IMG/VR virus record: IMGVR_UViG_3300050821_004987
Location: 577 to 64,576 of that record
DNA from: a virus
Taxonomy: Duplodnaviria > Heunggongvirae > Uroviricota > Caudoviricetes
Strand: one strand, 5' to 3'
Length of the DNA stretch: 64,000 bases
The position numbers and the translations under genes were made by a program. The first letter of the stretch is position 1, and each line of letters begins with the position of its first letter. This document shows, piece by piece, positions 27,155 to 36,786 of this stretch. A model generated the notes under the pieces. The model did no database searches, was not told where the DNA came from, and saw nothing but the letters and a program-made list of their open reading frames with translations.

Positions 27155-28702
27155 ATGGCTCGGACCGTTTTAGTTTTACTCACGAACAGAAAAGCGACTC
27201 TGGATTGTCACGGGAGTCTGTCTGATGAGTTCTATGAATTTTTCAAGTACAGGAAGCCAGGCTGGGAATATTCTCCACAAGGAAGGGCTTACATCGAGTG
27301 GCAGGCAGCAGTAGGAAAAGGAACAGCAGACGAAGACGAGCCACAAGGGTGGGATGGATATATTCATTTGATGCAGCGTGGTAGGATCGGGACTGGTTTA
27401 TTCCTAGCTCTCCGGGAAGAGATGGAAAAGAAATTCGATGTCAAGTTCAAGGTAGACGATCAACGACGTGGGCCTGAGATCGAGTGGCGAGTACATGGAG
27501 AGACAGAAGACAAGATACGAGGCTATCAGAAAGACTGCTACGAGGCGATGGTAGCTGCCTCAGCTACTGGTGGACTCATTCTCAATGCCACGGGAACGGG
27601 AAAGACCTTTTCGACGGGAATCTATTTGAAGTGTCTGAAAGGGCCAGCACTGTTCCTAGTTGACGAGTTAACCCTCTTAAAGCAGGCGATAAACGAGCTA
27701 CGCACCGTACTGCAAGAGGATATAGGGGAGATCGGGAATTCAGTCTATAACCCTAAGCGGGTCACTGTAGCAACGATTCAAACAATCCACAGACATCGTT
27801 TCGATCAGAGTTATGTGCCTTGGACGAGAACGCTAAAGGCAATCATCATTGACGAAGTGCATTTGGCTCTCAATCGAAGAAACTTCCAGACGATAGCAGT
27901 CATTCGGCCCCCAGTAATCTTCGGACTCACAGCCACACTTGAGCTAAAGAAAAAGAATGTAGCCTATCGGGCATACGATCTCTGTGGACCGGTTGTGTTC
28001 AAGTATCCACTGGAGCAGGGAGTGCAGGAAGGCTTCCTATCAAAAGGAGTCGCCGTCTCAGTTCAGGTGGAACAGGAAATAAAGGCTGAAGCAATCAGAG
28101 GGAATCCTAGATGGGCTTGGGTACGGGCAAGATACAAGGCGCAGTACGCCGAGCTGTACAGAGACGTGATCGTAGAGGGAAAGAAAAGAAATCAGTTCAT
28201 TCTCGACATGATCAAAGTTGCCTATGAGAAAGGCAAACACATTGTTGTATTATTGAACCGGGTACAACATTTGAAAGATCTGAGCGACAGTCTGGACGGG
28301 GTGAAACATCAGTTGGTCTTCGGAGAGGTCCATGTTTCAGACAGAGTTAGGGCTCAGAGGAGAATGGAAGAGTCGAAGTTACGGGTCATTCTGACCAACG
28401 TAGTTTTTAAGAAGGGCATCAACATCAAGAAACTGGATCTCATCATAGACGGCGCTGGGATGAAGTCGAAGAACGATGCCGTTCAGAAATATGGGAGAGG
28501 GGTACGGTTGGCCGATGGGAAGGACGGGCTGATTTACGTAGACATTTCAGACATCGGTAACAAGTTCGAGAAAGCCTCGATGAGTCGTCGATCAGCACTG
28601 AAGAGACTGGGTGTTCCAATTTACAAAGTATCCAGCGAGCTGGGAGCAGAGAAGATCCTTGAGTTGGCTGAGGCCAAGTTGAAGAAGGAGTTGGAACGAT
28701 GA
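27155..28702 (+). CDS. Superfamily 2 helicase (UvsW/XPB-like)
   Basis: ATGTGKT, IIIDEVH, GLTAT, KKGINI, QKYGRGVR motifs. Confidence 0.92.
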   Translation: MARTVLVLLTNRKATLDCHGSLSDEFYEFFKYRKPGWEYSPQGRAYIEWQAAVGKGTADEDEPQGWDGYIHLMQRGRIGTGLFLALREEMEKKFDVKFKVDDQRRGPEIEWRVHGETEDKIRGYQKDCYEAMVAASATGGLILNATGTGKTFSTGIYLKCLKGPALFLVDELTLLKQAINELRTVLQEDIGEIGNSVYNPKRVTVATIQTIHRHRFDQSYVPWTRTLKAIIIDEVHLALNRRNFQTIAVIRPPVIFGLTATLELKKKNVAYRAYDLCGPVVFKYPLEQGVQEGFLSKGVAVSVQVEQEIKAEAIRGNPRWAWVRARYKAQYAELYRDVIVEGKKRNQFILDMIKVAYEKGKHIVVLLNRVQHLKDLSDSLDGVKHQLVFGEVHVSDRVRAQRRMEESKLRVILTNVVFKKGINIKKLDLIIDGAGMKSKNDAVQKYGRGVRLADGKDGLIYVDISDIGNKFEKASMSRRSALKRLGVPIYKVSSELGAEKILELAEAKLKKELER

Positions 28703-28989
28703 AGTTCTATTTCATGAAGGCTCATCTTATGATGCCTAAGTTCACGGAAGTGAATTTAGAACAAGGAACTTATGAGTCTGAGATAATTCCTGTGTTTGAT
28801 ATTGTTTGGACGGTACAGAAACACAGTCGTTGGTTGACTTTTTATTTTTTCAATTACATTAGCTTTCAGATCGTTTGGACTGAGCGTTGCAAATGTGCGA
28901 TGTGTAGAAGGAATAGACTTCGAGCGTTGCTGTTTTTGAAACCAGTCGACTTAGAAGGAAATCCTTTGAAGAAAGTGATCGGACAGTGA
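28699..28989 (+). CDS. Hypothetical protein
   Basis: ATGA overlap with helicase stop. Confidence 0.5.
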   Translation: MKFYFMKAHLMMPKFTEVNLEQGTYESEIIPVFDIVWTVQKHSRWLTFYFFNYISFQIVWTERCKCAMCRRNRLRALLFLKPVDLEGNPLKKVIGQ

Positions 28990-29204
28990 CGCCATCACAA
29001 AGATCGATCGAGTGGATAGAGAAGACCATGGAACTGGCCGGTCTCAGTCAGACAAAGTTGGCTGCCCGTCTGGGAATAAAACGTACCAGCGTGACCCGTG
29101 CCCTGAACCATACGAAAGATATGAACGTGAGTACGCTATTTCGCTATATCGAAGCGTGTGGCTACGAGATTACAGAACTCCGGGTGAGAAAGAAGGAACG
29201 ATGA
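28986..29204 (+). CDS. XRE-family HTH transcriptional regulator
   Basis: GLSQTKLAARLGIKRTSVTRAL. Confidence 0.85.
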   Translation: MTPSQRSIEWIEKTMELAGLSQTKLAARLGIKRTSVTRALNHTKDMNVSTLFRYIEACGYEITELRVRKKER

Positions 29205-29518
29205 CCAGAGAATTAAAGAAAGTAATAATTCCTGCTAGGACAGATGAAAAGATTTTCGTCAAGTGCTCTTTTTGTAGACGAGAAGCCTTTAATCCCCAGT
29301 CAAGCGATAGAGATGTAGATTGGAGAAAAAAGCAATTTGAGATTGCTGAGACTGGGATTTTCATGAAGACAGGAAATAGCTATCCAGAAGGTGGTAGTGG
29401 GACTGAGTTAGTCCTTCACGTTTGTCCAGATTGTTTCAAAGAGAAAGTGATTCCAGTCTTAGAGAGTTGTGCTTTACCAGAAGGTGTGAAATTTGAAGAA
29501 GTGCAATGGGATTGGTAG
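29201..29518 (+). CDS. Hypothetical protein with CxxC pairs
   Basis: CSFC and CPDC; ATGA coupling. Confidence 0.6.
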   Translation: MTRELKKVIIPARTDEKIFVKCSFCRREAFNPQSSDRDVDWRKKQFEIAETGIFMKTGNSYPEGGSGTELVLHVCPDCFKEKVIPVLESCALPEGVKFEEVQWDW

Positions 29519-29520
29519 TC

Positions 29521-29805
29521 ATGAGTCTAGAACAAGAACTAAGGGATGGGGCTGCCGAGTTGATCAAACTGGCTGACGATTTGAAGTTTGGGAGAGCCAG
29601 AGAGGTACCACAGGAATTTGGCCACGTCTATCGACATTTCTGGAACGAACAGAAGGCACCATCAGCCTTTACAAAAGGTGGTGTTGAGATAGCAATGATA
29701 CAGAGAGAGGAATGTGTTGATTTCCTAAAACTTTGGGGAATTTGGTACTACATCGCGACTTGCCCAAGAACGGGCATCCGCTTTGTGGAAGGAGTGAAGA
29801 GATGA
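29521..29805 (+). CDS. Hypothetical protein
   Basis: ORF in operon. Confidence 0.5.
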   Translation: MSLEQELRDGAAELIKLADDLKFGRAREVPQEFGHVYRHFWNEQKAPSAFTKGGVEIAMIQREECVDFLKLWGIWYYIATCPRTGIRFVEGVKR

Positions 29806-29857
29806 GCTGGACGCCTCTTCTTTAGAAGGGAAACATACTGGGAAATGATACAACACA

Positions 29858-29882
29858 ATCACTATAGGGTAATAATAGTGAT
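29858..29882. promoter_or_regulatory. Operator-like inverted repeat ATCACTAT-N9-ATAGTGAT
   Basis: Perfect 8-bp arms in an AT-rich gap; XRE gene lies 650 bp upstream. Confidence 0.4.
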
Positions 29883-29888
29883 ATTGAT

Positions 29889-30413
29889 ATGAATATTATG
29901 ATAGGAAAAATTGATAGGCGGGTGAGACAGATAGCTGGACGAGTCGAGCAGATCGTCAAGGAAGAGTTTGGTGTGAACTACTGGAATCTGAAAGAGGAAG
30001 ACGAAATCCGCTGCCTCAGACTCCAGCAATGGGAAGATCGTTACAAGGTCAGCTTGCGATTTATCCTCAAGACGATCGTTCCGATTTGGAAACAGAAATT
30101 CGCCCGTTACACGACGGGAGCGTTTGGAGTCAAGATACCGACACTGGTTGGAGACAAGAGCGAAGAGATCTTGAAACAGAAAGTACTGGAGCTGTTCCCA
30201 GACGGAGAGAATATCCGTCAATGGAAATCGATCAAACAGCAAGCCCAGTGGAATCATTATCGTGAGGGCATCCGACAGAAAGAGAATTGGGAGAGTCCCA
30301 GAGATGCCGTGAGAGAGTACCAGCAGAGAATGAACAGGGAACGAGAGTTGAGGAAAGAGTTCGAGAAAGCAGCACGACTCAGACCGTACAGGAATAATCC
30401 TTGGGTTTCTTGA
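29889..30413 (+). CDS. Hypothetical protein, possibly replication-associated
   Basis: Located just upstream of the DnaB-like helicase. Confidence 0.55.
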   Translation: MNIMIGKIDRRVRQIAGRVEQIVKEEFGVNYWNLKEEDEIRCLRLQQWEDRYKVSLRFILKTIVPIWKQKFARYTTGAFGVKIPTLVGDKSEEILKQKVLELFPDGENIRQWKSIKQQAQWNHYREGIRQKENWESPRDAVREYQQRMNRERELRKEFEKAARLRPYRNNPWVS

Positions 30414-30464
30414 AACTTTTTGTATTATTAAGCACGCAGGGAATAAAAAAGGAGCCATCGCGCA

Positions 30465-30749
30465 ATGGCAAAAGAGCCTAAACCAAAATTTTACAGTGCT
30501 GAGTTAACAAAGCTTAGGATCTTGCAAAAGCAAGCAGCAGTAAAATTACGATTAGCAGAACAAACTCGTGATAGGATTATAGAAGAAGCCGAGCAGTCAG
30601 TATATGAGAAGAGACGAGAATGGGAGAAGGTGTTGTTGAAGTATCTTGACGAAGCAGAGCGTCAGGGCTTGTGTCGGTTCTGCTTGAAGCCTCTAAACGA
30701 AGGCACACATGATGGTGTAGATCATATTGCGATGGCGGTTGCTATATGA
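30465..30749 (+). CDS. Hypothetical coiled-coil protein with CxxC
   Basis: AAGGAG RBS; CRFC. Confidence 0.6.
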   Translation: MAKEPKPKFYSAELTKLRILQKQAAVKLRLAEQTRDRIIEEAEQSVYEKRREWEKVLLKYLDEAERQGLCRFCLKPLNEGTHDGVDHIAMAVAI

Positions 30750-32116
30750 GTAAGGAAGACTCATTTTTACAAGATCCACATTTTTGCGATACCTTACTCA
30801 GCTTCCTGATCCACGATCGGGAGTTCTGTAAGACGGCCAGTCATATGCTGACGAGAGAAGATTTCAAAGGGTTAGACAAAGGAGCCGGAAATGAACGCAT
30901 GGCTGTCGCTGGTCTTGCGCTTGATTTTTATCATCGCTATCGGCAACCTGTGGGTCGTATGCTTAGAGTTGAGCTTATTGAGTACGCTAAAAAGACGGGC
31001 TGGAAAGATGCCAACAAGTCCAGACTACTTGAGTATGGCGATAGCTTCCTCAACAATGGTCACCAAAGGATTGCTCCAGATGCTGCGTTGGAGAAAGTAA
31101 AAAGCTACAAGACAGAATTGGAATTGGCCCGGGCGATCGATAATATGCAGAACCATCTGGAGACGGGATCACTCTCCATGGATGAGTTCCTGAGGATCGC
31201 CCGGGAGGCCAGTGAGAAGGTGCAGTTCAACACAGACAGGCCGACGAATATCTTCTCAGACAAAGAGCTGGAGAAGAGAATGGCCAGACGGGAAATCCAA
31301 TCTCACCGAACGAGGTTCCCAGCACTACTGATCGACCCGCTGGATCGAATGATCAGGATCATAGCCAGGAAACATCTGGGCTTGATTTTGGCGCCATACA
31401 AGAGAGGCAAGACGATGCTCTTCGTATGGCTTGCACTGGCCTACGTTCTCCAGCATATGAATGTGCTGCACTTTACACTAGAGGATCCGAAGGAAGATAT
31501 AGAAGACCGGTTCGACGCCGCGATCACAAATCTACCGATGTCGAGGCTGACCGAAAATCCAGAACGAACAAGAACGAGATTCCAGCGGTACAAGAAATAC
31601 GCCAGATCAAAATTGAAGGTAGTTGAAGCGACGGGTGGTGAGTGTTCGGTTCCATTCATCGAGAACATATTCGAGCAGGAACGATCAAGGGGTTTCGTAG
31701 CCGATGTAATCTTGATCGACTACGATGACGAGATCAGACCGATGAAGAAGCAGTCTGAAAGACGGATGGAGTTTGCAGATATCTATCGGGACTTCCGGGC
31801 CCTGTTAGCCAGACATGAGTTAATCGGCTGGACAGCATCCCAGACCTCGAAGAAGGCAGACGAGATGAAGATAATCTCAGGCAAGTATGTAGCGGAAGAT
31901 ATCTCCAAGATCAGAAAAGCAAGTTTCGCTCTCAGCTTGGGTCAGGGTGAGTGGGGAGACGATTCAATTTTTCTTTGGGTGGCCGCGCATAGGTATGATA
32001 GACAATTCGTCGGTGGGAACATAATTACCAACAAAGAGAAGAGTCTGTTCTACGACCGGGAAGCCACATTGGCACGGGAAAAGATCGAGCTGGCGAAACA
32101 GGAGGATGTAGAGTGA
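30746..32116 (+). CDS. dnaB: Replicative DNA helicase (DnaB-like, SF4)
   Basis: Walker A APYKRGKT, HFTLE, ILIDY, WTASQT, AEDISKIR. Confidence 0.88.
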   Translation: MSKEDSFLQDPHFCDTLLSFLIHDREFCKTASHMLTREDFKGLDKGAGNERMAVAGLALDFYHRYRQPVGRMLRVELIEYAKKTGWKDANKSRLLEYGDSFLNNGHQRIAPDAALEKVKSYKTELELARAIDNMQNHLETGSLSMDEFLRIAREASEKVQFNTDRPTNIFSDKELEKRMARREIQSHRTRFPALLIDPLDRMIRIIARKHLGLILAPYKRGKTMLFVWLALAYVLQHMNVLHFTLEDPKEDIEDRFDAAITNLPMSRLTENPERTRTRFQRYKKYARSKLKVVEATGGECSVPFIENIFEQERSRGFVADVILIDYDDEIRPMKKQSERRMEFADIYRDFRALLARHELIGWTASQTSKKADEMKIISGKYVAEDISKIRKASFALSLGQGEWGDDSIFLWVAAHRYDRQFVGGNIITNKEKSLFYDREATLAREKIELAKQEDVE

Positions 32117-32376
32117 TGACCTGTTATGCGATTGAGATTTGTGATCGTTGGAATCACTGGCACGTAGCAAAGAATGCCTATACGAATAGTCTAATGGTCT
32201 TTGCTTCCAAGAAAGATGCATTCGATCAGTTGACGATTTGGAGATCACAAGAGAAGGGCTTAGTCAAGCAAGGAGTAGAGTGGGCGGGAATAATGTATGG
32301 AGTCCGACCATTCAGAGAAGATCGGGTAGAGATAAGGAAAAGAGCGAGGCCACTAAAAGAAAGGAAAAAGAAATGA
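32113..32376 (+). CDS. Hypothetical protein
   Basis: Coupled ORF. Confidence 0.5.
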   Translation: MMTCYAIEICDRWNHWHVAKNAYTNSLMVFASKKDAFDQLTIWRSQEKGLVKQGVEWAGIMYGVRPFREDRVEIRKRARPLKERKKK

Positions 32377-32735
32377 CAGGACCGGGACTAGCAGTAGCAT
32401 TGGGATCAAAAGCGAAAGCGTTGATGGTCGGAATGCGAGAACGAGTCAAACGTGATCCAGACGGAGCGGATTTCGCATCAGCTTTCACCTTGGTGTTGCA
32501 GGAGCATGACGTGACGGAGCGTCAAGCAATGGAATCAGAGCCTCAGTGCATCGAGAAAGCGATGAAGAGGGGCGATACAATGTTTACGCTGGTTGGACAA
32601 GACGTAACAGCTCCAGCTGTTCTCTGTGAGTGGATCAAACTGAACATTGAATCCGCTCCACCAGACAAGTTGAGAAACGCATTGGAGCAAGCACTCAAGA
32701 TGCGAAAGACGAAAAACAGAAAGTGCCCAGACTGA
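32373..32735 (+). CDS. Hypothetical protein
   Basis: ATGA-coupled; FTLVGQDVTAPAVLCEWI. Confidence 0.55.
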   Translation: MTGPGLAVALGSKAKALMVGMRERVKRDPDGADFASAFTLVLQEHDVTERQAMESEPQCIEKAMKRGDTMFTLVGQDVTAPAVLCEWIKLNIESAPPDKLRNALEQALKMRKTKNRKCPD

Positions 32736-32738
32736 GCT

Positions 32739-33014
32739 GTGAAAAAGAAACCTAGAAAAAGATCAGCTCCACCAAAAGAAGTTGTACAATTAATGGAGAA
32801 GGTCAAGAGTCAGTTGGCCAGTTTCAAAAAGCCAGTAGAGGTCTGGGCGGAGTCAACGATCTGGGACGAGCCATGGAGATTCAGATCCAAGTCTCAGCAG
32901 CAAGAGTTGGATGTCTTTGATTACATGCAGATGGATCCTTTTTGGATGTCGACGATGGGTGGTCAGTTTGCCGGAAGGGTAGTTAATAGAACGAAAGAGA
33001 GGAGCATCAGATGA
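32739..33014 (+). CDS. Hypothetical protein
   Basis: ORF in operon. Confidence 0.5.
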   Translation: MKKKPRKRSAPPKEVVQLMEKVKSQLASFKKPVEVWAESTIWDEPWRFRSKSQQQELDVFDYMQMDPFWMSTMGGQFAGRVVNRTKERSIR

Positions 33015-33274
33015 CTAGGGCAGGGTTTTTTAGGCTATTTACTTCAATACTTTCATTGACAGGATGTATGGGGCAAAATTCACAGAAGTCTGTTCCGAAG
33101 GCTTCTAATCTTTGTGGCTCCATGGACAAATGTCCTTTCGGGCATTGTCAGCCATCCGACTCCGATGCATTCTGGCTCAATCGAGACTTCGTTTCCAATG
33201 GGCCTATAGCCAGCGCGACACGGGCAATTTCCTGCGATACGTGTGGCGTGTTGTATATTCCGGTAGATCGTTAG
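33011..33274 (+). CDS. Putative Cys-rich lipoprotein
   Basis: MTRAGFFRLFTSILSLTG-C lipobox; C..GHC and CDTC motifs. Confidence 0.5.
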   Translation: MTRAGFFRLFTSILSLTGCMGQNSQKSVPKASNLCGSMDKCPFGHCQPSDSDAFWLNRDFVSNGPIASATRAISCDTCGVLYIPVDR

Positions 33275-33303
33275 GGTTCAGAAAGAGTGGTGGAGCGCAA
33301 GCG

Positions 33304-33501
33304 ATGAGGCGTTTATCACAAATTGAGCTGAATCCACCATTCGCTTTTGTAGGCGTTTGCTATTTGAGTGCGGTTGGCTCGCAGTTGAACGGAGGGACCG
33401 TGACTTTGCATTGGCCATACAACGTAGCATGGATTGTTCTTACTTTGGGCGGGGCAATTCTGCTGGAAGCGGTAAACCAGTTTCAAGAGGAAACTCCATG
33501 A
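33304..33501 (+). CDS. Small membrane protein
   Basis: Two hydrophobic segments. Confidence 0.45.
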   Translation: MRRLSQIELNPPFAFVGVCYLSAVGSQLNGGTVTLHWPYNVAWIVLTLGGAILLEAVNQFQEETP

Positions 33502-33878
33502 CTCCTCTCACTGAGCGACTAGCGGAGTTGGTCGGCCTGCCTGGAAAGTGGCGCGAGCGCGTGGACGGTGTAAAGAAGGTAGAGGCTCAGGCACGAGAAA
33601 ATGGATTCAAAGATGTGGCCGACATGCTGAAATGCGTCCGCTTAGAGCAATCTCGTTGCGCCGACGAACTCGAACCGCTCGTCTCCGGCCTCGACTCGCA
33701 GATAGGCACTTACGAATTGGGATTCAAGGATGGCAACGATGCTGGTCGAAGTGCCGGGATGGAGGAAGCGGCGCGGATAGTGGTCAGGAATGGCGACCGA
33801 GTAAATTATCCTCGGCACATTCGAGCCGCATTAAGCACGGCGGCAGCCGCGATTCGCAAAGCGATGGAGGAGAAATGA
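33498..33878 (+). CDS. Hypothetical protein
   Basis: GAGG RBS, ATGA coupling. Confidence 0.55.
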   Translation: MTPLTERLAELVGLPGKWRERVDGVKKVEAQARENGFKDVADMLKCVRLEQSRCADELEPLVSGLDSQIGTYELGFKDGNDAGRSAGMEEAARIVVRNGDRVNYPRHIRAALSTAAAAIRKAMEEK

Positions 33879-34102
33879 GCAACGAAACTGGTAAAGAATC
33901 GCAGACTTACGGGGTGGCGATGGTCTGCCTGAATTGCGGTTGTGAGCGCACTATATATTTCAAGAAGGGCAAGGAAGTACCACGCAAAGAAATCTGCCCA
34001 AATTGTAGCGTCTGCCAGATGGTCAAAAAGATGTACTCGCCACGAAATCAATTGGTGGAATGCATGGATGTATTTTTCAACGGAAGGCCGATGCGCCCAT
34101 GA
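33875..34102 (+). CDS. Zinc-ribbon protein
   Basis: CLNC...CPNC. Confidence 0.55.
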   Translation: MSNETGKESQTYGVAMVCLNCGCERTIYFKKGKEVPRKEICPNCSVCQMVKKMYSPRNQLVECMDVFFNGRPMRP

Positions 34103-35136
34103 GCGGCAGGCCAACCAGAAATGAGGCTCGAATGACAACTAGCGATAGGCTAACAATGGACCGAGCGCGAGATTTGGCTCGTTCATATCTATACGGTGCG
34201 ATGGGGCACTTGGGAATAACTGTCATGACGGATGAAGCGGTAGAGAGTGTCGCTTCACGTCTTTTCTCAGACTTCGCTATCCATCCCGTCCTAGCAGAGG
34301 GGGTGCAAGACCGCTGTCCAAAACATACTCGCACCTTACGAGAAGGTAAATTGCTTTGCGAACTTCCAATAAATCATGAAGGAAATCACAGGGAAGGCCC
34401 ACTAGAGTGGAATAGTTTTGGAGTAGTCGCCCAGCCCGCTGAGAGCGCAGCGCCAGCCGAGTCACTAATCAAGCACATGGTGAACCGCTTCCTTTCGTGG
34501 CGACTGCCTGAAAACTTCAAGCCAGACGGCGGGATTAGCTTCAAGAGGACTTTCAACGAGCATACCGCGCATCCGATGAAAGCTGAACCAACAGGGACCA
34601 ATCTACTTGACGCTACGCAAGCAGAAGAGATGATTCGTTATCTGTTTGCAGCCGCGCCAGCCGTTCAGGAGGCGGGGACGGGGCAGGTGGGAAATGAATG
34701 TCATGGGTGTGGTTGCGTAGGTAAAACACAAGAATGGGCGTCCATTAACGTTCTTCTTTCTGATAAGCATGGTCAAAAAATAATCCCTGTAGGCCAAATG
34801 TGCGAACGCTGTAAAAAGCATCCTTGGGCGTGGAGCGGCTATCAGTTCCCCGATTCGCTCTACACGGAGAATGAAATCCTAGTGGCTCTTGGTCTTGAAG
34901 GAGAACGCTTGGTGCCACCATTCCCGCTTGAAAAGCACATAGCGGATATTCAGAAATGGCTGGCCGCAGCCCACCAGCCGAGTGAGCGGTTTTCTTGTGG
35001 TAAGCACTACGGATTGAGCTGGACTGGACGAAGTATGTGCCCACAGTGTCAAGCCGAGCAGGAAGAGTTTGTTAGGCAAAGAGAGGCGGATTTCGGTGCT
35101 AGATTGCAGGACGTGCGAAAAGAATTTATGCGTTGA
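34099..35136 (+). CDS. Mosaic hypothetical protein with several Cys motifs
   Basis: 358-aa ORF; MVNRFLSWRLPENFKPDGGISF module and CxxC motifs. Confidence 0.55.
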   Translation: MSGRPTRNEARMTTSDRLTMDRARDLARSYLYGAMGHLGITVMTDEAVESVASRLFSDFAIHPVLAEGVQDRCPKHTRTLREGKLLCELPINHEGNHREGPLEWNSFGVVAQPAESAAPAESLIKHMVNRFLSWRLPENFKPDGGISFKRTFNEHTAHPMKAEPTGTNLLDATQAEEMIRYLFAAAPAVQEAGTGQVGNECHGCGCVGKTQEWASINVLLSDKHGQKIIPVGQMCERCKKHPWAWSGYQFPDSLYTENEILVALGLEGERLVPPFPLEKHIADIQKWLAAAHQPSERFSCGKHYGLSWTGRSMCPQCQAEQEEFVRQREADFGARLQDVRKEFMR

Positions 35137-35181
35137 AGCCGCCCTCGTCAGCCAGGAGCCAGACAAGGAGGCGAAAGCCGG

Positions 35182-35334
35182 ATGAGCGGTCTTCTAGACA
35201 AGATAGCAGATGTATTGGAGGAAGCGATGGCAGAGCGTTGGTGTCAAGTTTGTGGTCACGGTCGGCCACTCGTTCCTGGAGCAATTCTGATTCGCTGCGG
35301 TAATTGTGGCGTTGTCAGCCATTGCGATAACTAG
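35182..35334 (+). CDS. Small zinc-finger protein
   Basis: Own translation: MSGLLDKIADVLEEAMAERWCQVC...CGNC; GGAGG upstream. Confidence 0.45.
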   Translation: MSGLLDKIADVLEEAMAERWCQVCGHGRPLVPGAILIRCGNCGVVSHCDN

Positions 35335-35365
35335 AATTGTGAGCCGCGAAAGAAAGAGGCTAAGA

Positions 35366-35557
35366 ATGTCAAAAAGAATAAACGGGTGGGACGAACGCGA
35401 CTATAAATTATGGTCCGCATTGCAGTCTTTGCCTCATTACGGACTAGTTGCGAACCAAAGCAACAATCCTATGCTTGCTCGCAAAGACGTAGAACAGTTA
35501 TTGGAAAAGTTTGCCGAGGAGAGATTTGAGTCGGAGCGCCCGCCCAAGCAATCCTGA
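35366..35557 (+). CDS. Hypothetical protein
   Basis: GAGG RBS. Confidence 0.45.
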   Translation: MSKRINGWDERDYKLWSALQSLPHYGLVANQSNNPMLARKDVEQLLEKFAEERFESERPPKQS

Positions 35558-35829
35558 GCGCGGGCCAGAGAGGAGCGAGAGAGTGGACAAAATAGGTAAC
35601 TTGGCTTGCGATGCAGAAGAAGCTCTCGACAAAATGGAGCAATGGCTTGACCGCATGAAAGATTCGCCGATGGGCGCCGACATTAACAAATTGATGAATT
35701 TTGACGCCATAGCATTGAAGAGAGTCCTGCTAATAGCTGTGATGAGTTATAAGAAATTCGTGCAGTAGCTGGCCGAGCGGCCTAGCAGCTAACGAGTGAG
35801 CCAACAGGCAAAGCAGAGGAGAAGAAGCC

Positions 35830-36786
35830 TTGATCGATTTCTTTACACAGATGACTTTGAAAGGTGTCGAAGTCAGAGAGCATTCGACAGAGCCAGACGA
35901 ATTCAAGATCTGTTGTTTGTTCTGTCCGGAGAGAAATCGTGGGATCGATTTCGAGTTTAAGCTCGGATTTAATATCAAGTCCGGATTGGGTCATTGCTTT
36001 CGCTGTGGTTGGAGTTCCAGAAAGGTACTACTGGATATCCTAAGACAGCTCGGTTCAGATAGCTTCGAAGAGATACGAGCAGAAGCTTTCACACAAAAGA
36101 CCAGAACGAGACCAGATCCAGTAGATTTTCCAGTAGGCTTTGAAAAGCTGAAAGACGTGACAGACAACGATCCATTATTCGGAAGAGCTAGGCAGTATGT
36201 CCGGAAAAGAGGTATCACGCCTAGACAGCTTAGAACGCATGAGATCGGTGCAACGGTGCAAGATGACAAGTTTCATCACATGATCATTTTTCCAGTCCGT
36301 TATGGTGATATGTTGGCTGGTATGGTTGGGAGAGACTGGACGGGGCAGAGATTCTTGCAGTATGAGAATTCAGTTGGGAACAAATGCGCATATAACGTTC
36401 ATCCCGAGAAATACGAGATGGGTACGAAGATTGTAGTAGTCTCGGAAGGGATACCGAAAGCGCTGGCAATAGAGAGAGCGACGGAGTATAAGATGGTCTC
36501 TTCGGCGACGATGGGAAATGCGATTACAGCGATCCAATCAAACCAGCTGAAACAATTTGACGAAGTGGTTCTCTTCGTTGATCCAGATGTAATCGGTATG
36601 AAGGGCTATTTGGCTGCTGCCGATAACTTACAGCCGTTGGTAAAGAAGGTCAGTATGGTCTGGCCTTGGCCTGAGCAGCAAGCAGATGAGATGCATGACT
36701 CAGAGATTAGGGAACTTCTGGCAGCTAGAAAAGAGATAACACCACTGCTGCGCATGAGAATAAAATCACTGATGAGAGACAGATGA
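35830..36786 (+). CDS. DNA primase (Zn-binding plus TOPRIM)
   Basis: CCLFC...HCFRC zinc domain; VVVSEG and LFVDPD TOPRIM motifs. Confidence 0.88.
   Translation: MIDFFTQMTLKGVEVREHSTEPDEFKICCLFCPERNRGIDFEFKLGFNIKSGLGHCFRCGWSSRKVLLDILRQLGSDSFEEIRAEAFTQKTRTRPDPVDFPVGFEKLKDVTDNDPLFGRARQYVRKRGITPRQLRTHEIGATVQDDKFHHMIIFPVRYGDMLAGMVGRDWTGQRFLQYENSVGNKCAYNVHPEKYEMGTKIVVVSEGIPKALAIERATEYKMVSSATMGNAITAIQSNQLKQFDEVVLFVDPDVIGMKGYLAAADNLQPLVKKVSMVWPWPEQQADEMHDSEIRELLAARKEITPLLRMRIKSLMRDR

Noticed and set aside
28986-29204. XRE gene as a prophage repressor implying lysogeny
   Set aside because: Co-oriented within the early operon, no divergent cro/cI arrangement, no integrase, ParA or att site seen.
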